Shown here: positions 57,908 to 64,000 of the stretch, one piece after another
Layout: every line of letters starts with the position of its first letter
Numbering within the stretch: position 1 is the stretch's first letter
Assembly (NCBI GenBank): GCA_021613535.1
Contig: CP075493.1
Coordinates: 6,076,001 to 6,140,000 of the forward strand
DNA from: Adineta vaga
Lineage: Eukaryota > Animalia > Rotifera
DNA length: 64,000 nucleotides
Reading direction: 5' to 3'
The notes under the pieces: model-generated
What the model was told of the DNA's origin: nothing
The model's database searches: none
The model's input: only the letters and a program-made list of their open reading frames with translations
Program-made: the position numbers and the translations under genes

Positions 57908-58887
57908 TTGTGATTTATTGTAGTAATGTTATGCGTCCAAACAGCTACTCGGAAGAAACGAAAAATAACCACGTTTTACTTTTACTTCTTAATAATCGTG
58001 AATCATCAAACAAAAACCATGAGTCAATATAAATAAGAAAAGATATTTTCAGACATTAGACACATTGTGCATCATGTAAGAATAACTTCTACTAATAGTA
58101 AATAATTAAATCTTACAAACTATCGTCATAAATTGTTATACGTATCAATATCTTTTGAAACTATATTCGCTTGTTTTTAAGAAATAATAACTATAATCTT
58201 TCAACTGTAAAACATTTTATAGCACATAGTTTACATGATGTCGACTTATCAGAAATATTGTTTTCTTCGCTTATACAAAACTAAAAGTGCTGAAACTAGT
58301 GTAAATGTATCATTTAATTATTTGAATCGATTGAATATATTGATCACGAATTACAAAATAGAAATTCATAGATTTATATTCTACATATCTTCTACAAATA
58401 CTTCAGAAAATAATAACAATAAATATATAGGAAGCTAGAGAAGCATTGAAAAATAATACAGAATATGATCAATATTGCCAATTTCAATAGATAATGGTAC
58501 CATATGATTCAGTTTGCAAAAAAATGTTTATAAATATATGAGAAACAGAATATACTCAGTTATTTCTTCTTTCGTTTATTACTAAAAACAAATATACAAA
58601 AAATACTTCTGAAAAATAAAAATTTGAATATATCATTTGCTGCAATAATCAGAGATTTGTTCGTTTCCACGTAAAGTTTCTTCGGGGAAATAGAATGATA
58701 TTCTTTGAGAGTCGGTGGAGAAGCAAATAGTCATAAAAAAATGACCATATTTATATATACTGTTTGAGATTAAAGTTTATTCAGAGAGAGAGAAAACAAT
58801 TTACAGCAATACTCTACTTTCACCATTTAGTTTTTTAAAACAGCAGTCGCATGATTAGCAGTCGTTGTTGTTGGTTTTTTCAATTGA

Positions 58888-60075
58888 TTAGGACGAATCT
58901 GTATTGTGGAGTGAAGGTAGACGATAGATGATTCCATATCTTTGGTTGAATGCAATATTCTCAGGATTTTGTTTGCAGAAATCCTGTACATAGAGAAGTT
59001 TTCAAAGTAAACTTTAGACAGAGGAAGTAAATTTAACCTCGTGATATTCAAGTGTAGATGCAGTGCGTGTATCGTTACAATATTTGCACCTAATTATGAA
59101 TCGATGTATTTCATGATCGGACGGTCTAGGCAAAGACAAAGCCAATGGCCGCAAGAAATCGAACTAACAAACAAACTGTAATTGGTTTCGTCTTCGTTCA
59201 TCATTTCTTTCAGAGCATGCTTTCTATTCAAAATAAAACATAAAGTACATAGAGTAAAAGATGAAATTTTTACTGTGTGAGCTTCATAGTGTTCAAATTT
59301 GATTGGTTCTCGACAGAACTCACAAGGAATATGATCAGATTCAGCAGAATAGTTTTCACGATCTATACCTGTCATAAAAACTAATTACACAATAAATAAA
59401 CTATTTCAGTTACCCAAAGATAAGCTTGTAGTAGAGTTCACAGATGACTGCTGTTTCCTTTCGATATTCTCTAGACTTGGTGGACAATTTCTCTAAGAAA
59501 AGAAACGTAATGCATCGAAGAGCAAAATATTCGTTTGTTTAATATTCACTTGATGTATGTCTCGATCACCTATCTCAACTTGTTTATGAGAAAAGTCACA
59601 TTGTGCGATTCGGTTTTGTTTGTAAAACTCTTAACACGAAGAAATATCATGAACAATGATGTCGACTATTCGATGGTATACCTGTATCTGGTTGTTTTAG
59701 TGAGAGAGTCACACATGTGATATTATTACCCTTTGTAACAATCGGTATAGATGATGATTGTATTGGAATATCAAGTTGATTTGTAGTAACATTTGTTTTA
59801 TCTTCGAATTCATCGGGATTAATACAACTATTTTCGTAATGATATGTAAATACTGCTCGTCTAATAAACTTTCTACATCGAGGACATTCATCTGTTTTGT
59901 TACCACATGTTAATAAATGCTCGTGCATGGAAGCTTGTGGCATTTTATCATCACAGAACATGCATACTGAAGCTCGTACAGTATCTTTTTGTCTGTCATC
60001 AAAATCTACCTTTAACATATAAGATAATGAAAATCATCTCTCGAAAATCATATTTATACTTACTGCATAAGCCAT
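58888..60075 (-). CDS. TRAF-type zinc-finger repeat protein (XAF1/TRAFD1-like), paralogue 1
   Basis: MAYA|..CMFC..HLLTCGNKTDECPRC..HYENSC..CDFS..HQRNC..CEFC..HTKAC..CKYC..HEDFC..HNTDSS*. Exons join at GT-AG. Confidence 0.75.
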
Positions 60076-60494
60076 ATATAAATCTTGCTAAGATTTATTC
60101 TCTTTTTTATCTGAAATGAATTCAAATGATACAAAAATGGAGTTCTATAAATCTTCTCATTCGTTCTTGACTATAAAGAAAAACAGTATACTTTCATTCT
60201 CGATGAGGTTTTGAGAGTCACTCGCCTAAGATATATGAGTGAGTGCGCTGTTATTCACGGAAATAGTTCAATAACTCAAGCCAATACAATCTTTCTCAAG
60301 AATGTCAAAGATGAGAAAATAGTTTCGTTTAAGATATCAACAAATTCTTTTAAAATACAAAATTTCATAAAAACAAGGTGTTCAAGTGTTTCAAAAATAC
60401 TTGTTACTTTTAATTCGAACAATTCTTTTATAGGCGTTGTGGATTGTACATCAAATGTGTGAAGTAAAACTAATCGATAATTCAGCTGGTATCT

Positions 60495-60990
60495 TTAGTT
60501 TTTATTGCGATGTGGATTGCGAACGCAGAAGAGCTATATACAAGAATAAACATACACAAATGTAATGAGCATAAAATTCAGTTCTACTTGATGATATAAA
60601 ATACCAGCCAATGACATGAGTCTCTTACAAAATATACATGGCAAATTATTATTTCTACTCATAATGAATGTTGTTGTGCTGGTAGTATTATTTGTAGTTA
60701 TTGTTTGTTCATGATCAGTACGACTGAAAATAGATAGATTCAGTTCGAATGAAGCTGAGAAAAAATTTACCGTCTTCTATGCATTAGTTTTCTGTGTGCA
60801 TCATCCTGACAAGCTTTCTATTTCAAAGACATATGATCATATAAAAAATAGTATCAGTAAACTTACGATATGTCTTTCATAGTTGTCCCATTCAATACCT
60901 TGCGAACAATATTCGCAAGGAATACGAGTGTTATCAATTTCTGGATCGTTGAAATGTGTTAATTGATCTATGAAACGAATATAACTTATG
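60495..60990. repeat. Direct duplication, copy B (of about 55807-56297)
   Basis: Same shared blocks as copy A, same orientation, about 4.7 kb downstream. Confidence 0.9.
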
Positions 60991-61697
60991 ACAACTTTGT
61001 ACAACTTTACCCTATACGTCAAGTGCTACAAGTTGTTTAAATTAAAAGAAGCTGTAATTTTGATAAATCTTTTCTTCTCATAGATAATTAATAACATGAT
61101 AATTGCATTTTCAAAGGATCGAAATCTGCAAAAATATATGAAAAAATGACGTACCAAGATTTCCATACAAATGTTCATCAGAATGATGTTGTTGTCTGTT
61201 ATCAATATTGACCCATTTCTCATGACAAGTGTTCTTCAAACAATCAAATGAGAATAACAATATCACTTTCACACGTACTTCACATTATTTTTACTTGATG
61301 TCTATTTTTGTCGTTTCTATCGTAGTTTTCATTACAATATTCACATTTAATAGTTAAACGTGGTGTGTCTAAAAAATACTGTTACATAACCATAAAATAG
61401 AGAGAATCAACCTACCAAATTTTACCGGCTCACCATAAACATCATTCTTTACTGCAGATTCATCTAGATTAGCACAATCATTTTCATAATGATACACAAA
61501 TATTGCTCGTCGAATATATTTATGACATTTAGGACATTCGTCAGTCTTATTACCACACGTCATCAAATGTTTAACAATAGCTTCTGTTGATTGGTATTTT
61601 TCTTCACAAAACGAACAAAAAATATCTGCACCCTGGAACATGCGAAATTCATAGTAACAATATAACATTAAGGTGAACTTACTACTGATTCATTCAT
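60495..61697 (-). CDS. TRAF-type zinc-finger repeat protein (XAF1/TRAFD1-like), paralogue 2
   Basis: MNESV|..CSFC..HLMTCGNKTDECPKC..HYENDC..CEYC..HQNTC..CEYC..HIKAC..CIFC..HQLFCVRNPHRNKN*. Five CxxC-x11/12-Hxxx(x)C fingers. Confidence 0.78.
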
Positions 61698-63532
61698 GGT
61701 TCTTTTCTAATCTGAAATGGAATCAAATCGAGCAATATATGTAATAATCGACAAGAAAACAGCATAATAAGCATCATTTAATATTCTCTTAAGGAAATAA
61801 CTTACGACTTTATCGTACAAATTAAGTAATTTATACTAATTTTTTAAAATGAAAACAAGATCATGTTCTATTTCCAATAAGTTGGAAAAAAATTGACGTT
61901 GTTATTTATTCCCAACGATGTTTTTTTCTTCTTCCTTGCGTATTGCATACAGTGAGAAGAAAATGACATTACTCATAGATGAATAGAATCAGTAAACGCA
62001 AAAACAGGTTTGTTTTACTTCTTGCATGTCTCTAAATCAATACTAATGATCGATACACTCACCTAATGTTATGAACACTAAATTTTATTTTCTGAACGTT
62101 GTTGATCTTTTAAAACCAACGATTCTAATCACATATTTACTTAGTAACTCATTTCATTTGATATAAAAATCAAGAAATCATCGAAGGTGCTTTTTTTCGG
62201 TTCTTCTACTAAGAGATGTCGCATTTGACATGCGTCAATATGTTCTTTTTTGATAACTTTAAATTTAGTGAATCTTCTCTTTGTTTGTCATTTCTTTTTG
62301 CTTCAAATTTGTGTATTAATTTGTTTTTCTAATGAACAAAATAGACAAAACGTCGATGACATATGGAACGAGAACACCAACAATCATAAGTAGATTAAAA
62401 AAAGAACCTTTTGTTATGAGAATACATAGGAAACAAATATGCTTAATATGTATCACTATGATTGATCGATATTCATTGGTTCTATGCGAATAATCATCAT
62501 CGAAAGCATTTTTCGATTCAGGTTGGTTTCTAGTTTGTTTCAGAATTATTTGATTCTGATTCTTCTTCGTCATTCATTTCTTCTCTTGTTTGTTTTTTGT
62601 TAAAGAAGACCATTTCGTTTATTATCAGAATCTTCTTTAACGATTTTTTCACCTAAACTTTTGATTTCCTTTAGAACTAATACTTCCACATCGCTCAATA
62701 GGTACACCTGAAATAACAATAGACTTGATTCTTATATCAATCATAGCAGGAATTATTTCCATTTGTTTCCAATGAAATTCTAATAAAAAAGCGTGAAACT
62801 ATCAGACAATATTATCTCCACTGTCTATACATTATTCGAAGTTCCGAAATTAGGAGCGAGAACCAGATTCTAAAATATGTTCTGACCTCATCACAACTTG
62901 AGTTTTTATTGTTGATTTTAATCCTTTTCTTGATTATTAAGAGATGCTTTAATATTTATATGAAGTAGAAACATTAAGAACGTATTCTGCTCGATGTAAA
63001 TTATACTGAGTTGTGGCAGAAGATACATGGCACATTGATTTCAATCGATTATTGTTGAATTAATAATCAAGTAGTTTATTCCTATTATTAGCGTTTGTTA
63101 TGTGGCAGCAATGTCTTGTCTCTCTTGATAGAAGTACTGTGAAAATACCTACGTTTTTGATTATAAATATGGAAGGTTAGAGATGTTTTTGTAGCTCAGC
63201 TGATGAGTGAATCGTTCGATTTTTCCTCCAACTAACTCGAATTTAGTCAATGCTAGAATCCTTGGAATAATAGGGGAAAATGTAGACAAATAGAAATTTT
63301 TCAATGTCATTGATTATTCATCGTCGTTCCGTATTTCTCTGACGAGATAGAAGCGATCGATTTGTAAACATTCATATTTGAATAGTTGGTATTGTTAGAA
63401 TGTATGGGGAAAAAACGATTTTACCTAAAATTCATTGAATCTTCTTTTTGTCATTTCTCTTTATCTCAAATCATCAATCAACGGTTATAAAAAAAGAAAA
63501 AGAAAATGAAAACAACCACAAGTTTTGCATGA

Positions 63533-64000
63533 TTATGCATCTACATCAGACAGATCAATGCCAGTTGTAGCTGAATCATCCAATTCTAAATCGAGCATAT
63601 CTTCGAATAATGATTCATCAACTTCGACTGCTTCACCACCTAATTGAAATCATATATTTTAAATATTGAATAGTAATGAAAAAAGAATGATGATTTACCT
63701 TCACTAGAGATGAATTGAATATCAGAATCATATAGAGAACGATCTTTTTCGAATAATTGTCGACCAGTTAATTTTTTCGGTTCATTTTCATCTACTTTAA
63801 TGACTTTTTTCAATTCTGCTTGTTCAGCATCAAATTTCACTTTCCATTTGATGAATGTTTCTACAGATACACATGTACCTACGAATCGTTTATGTTCTGC
63901 TTCTTCTTCTTCATGTTGTTTTCTTTCGCGATCTTCACGTTCACGAGTTTGTCGATTTTCAGATTGAATACTTAATTGTTCAGAAAGATGACTAGCTAGA
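63533..64000 (-). CDS. RWDD1: RWD domain-containing protein 1 (Gir2/DFRP2), 3' part only
   Basis: EEAEHKRFVGTCVSVETFIKWKVKFDAE..KLTGRQLFEKD..VEVDESLFEDM; intron about 63640-63698; stop at 63533. Gene runs off the window. Confidence 0.9.

Noticed and set aside
62316-62707. Minus-strand exon-like segment (VYLLSDVEVLVLKEIK..) and an 85-aa ORF
   Set aside because: Cannot be assembled into a gene; no similarity recognised.

Overview
AT-rich, gene-dense animal genomic DNA with many short (about 50-60 nt) GT-AG introns and abundant CpG. It is most consistent with a bdelloid rotifer (inference from composition, intron size and gene families; not searched). The ORF track fragments most genes, so gene models were rebuilt by hand from splice sites and reading phase. 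Order: (+) GOLPH3, NUDT9, CDC20-like, aminergic GPCR, PPIP5K/VIP1, NDUFAF5, nine-PDZ NHERF/PDZK1-like scaffold, MEIG1 (absent from the ORF track), a Ser-rich ORF that may be the N-terminus of the next gene, casein kinase 1, CYP2-clan P450; (-) ATP5F1A, CD39-type NTPDase; (+) DNPH1, ARF1, degenerate ARF copy, ACTMAP, OSBPL9-like, COX6C; (-) three TRAF/XAF1-type zinc-finger paralogues, one apparently a B-box/coiled-coil chimera, then the 3' end of RWDD1. Most notable: (1) a tightly packed six-gene co-oriented block with splice-acceptor-like sites before most start codons, a candidate SL-trans-spliced operon; (2) an exon-shuffled TRIM-like/zinc-finger chimera; (3) the nine-PDZ scaffold with two alternative C-terminal tails; (4) an intact MEIG1. 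No RNA genes, CRISPR arrays or recognisable transposons were seen.
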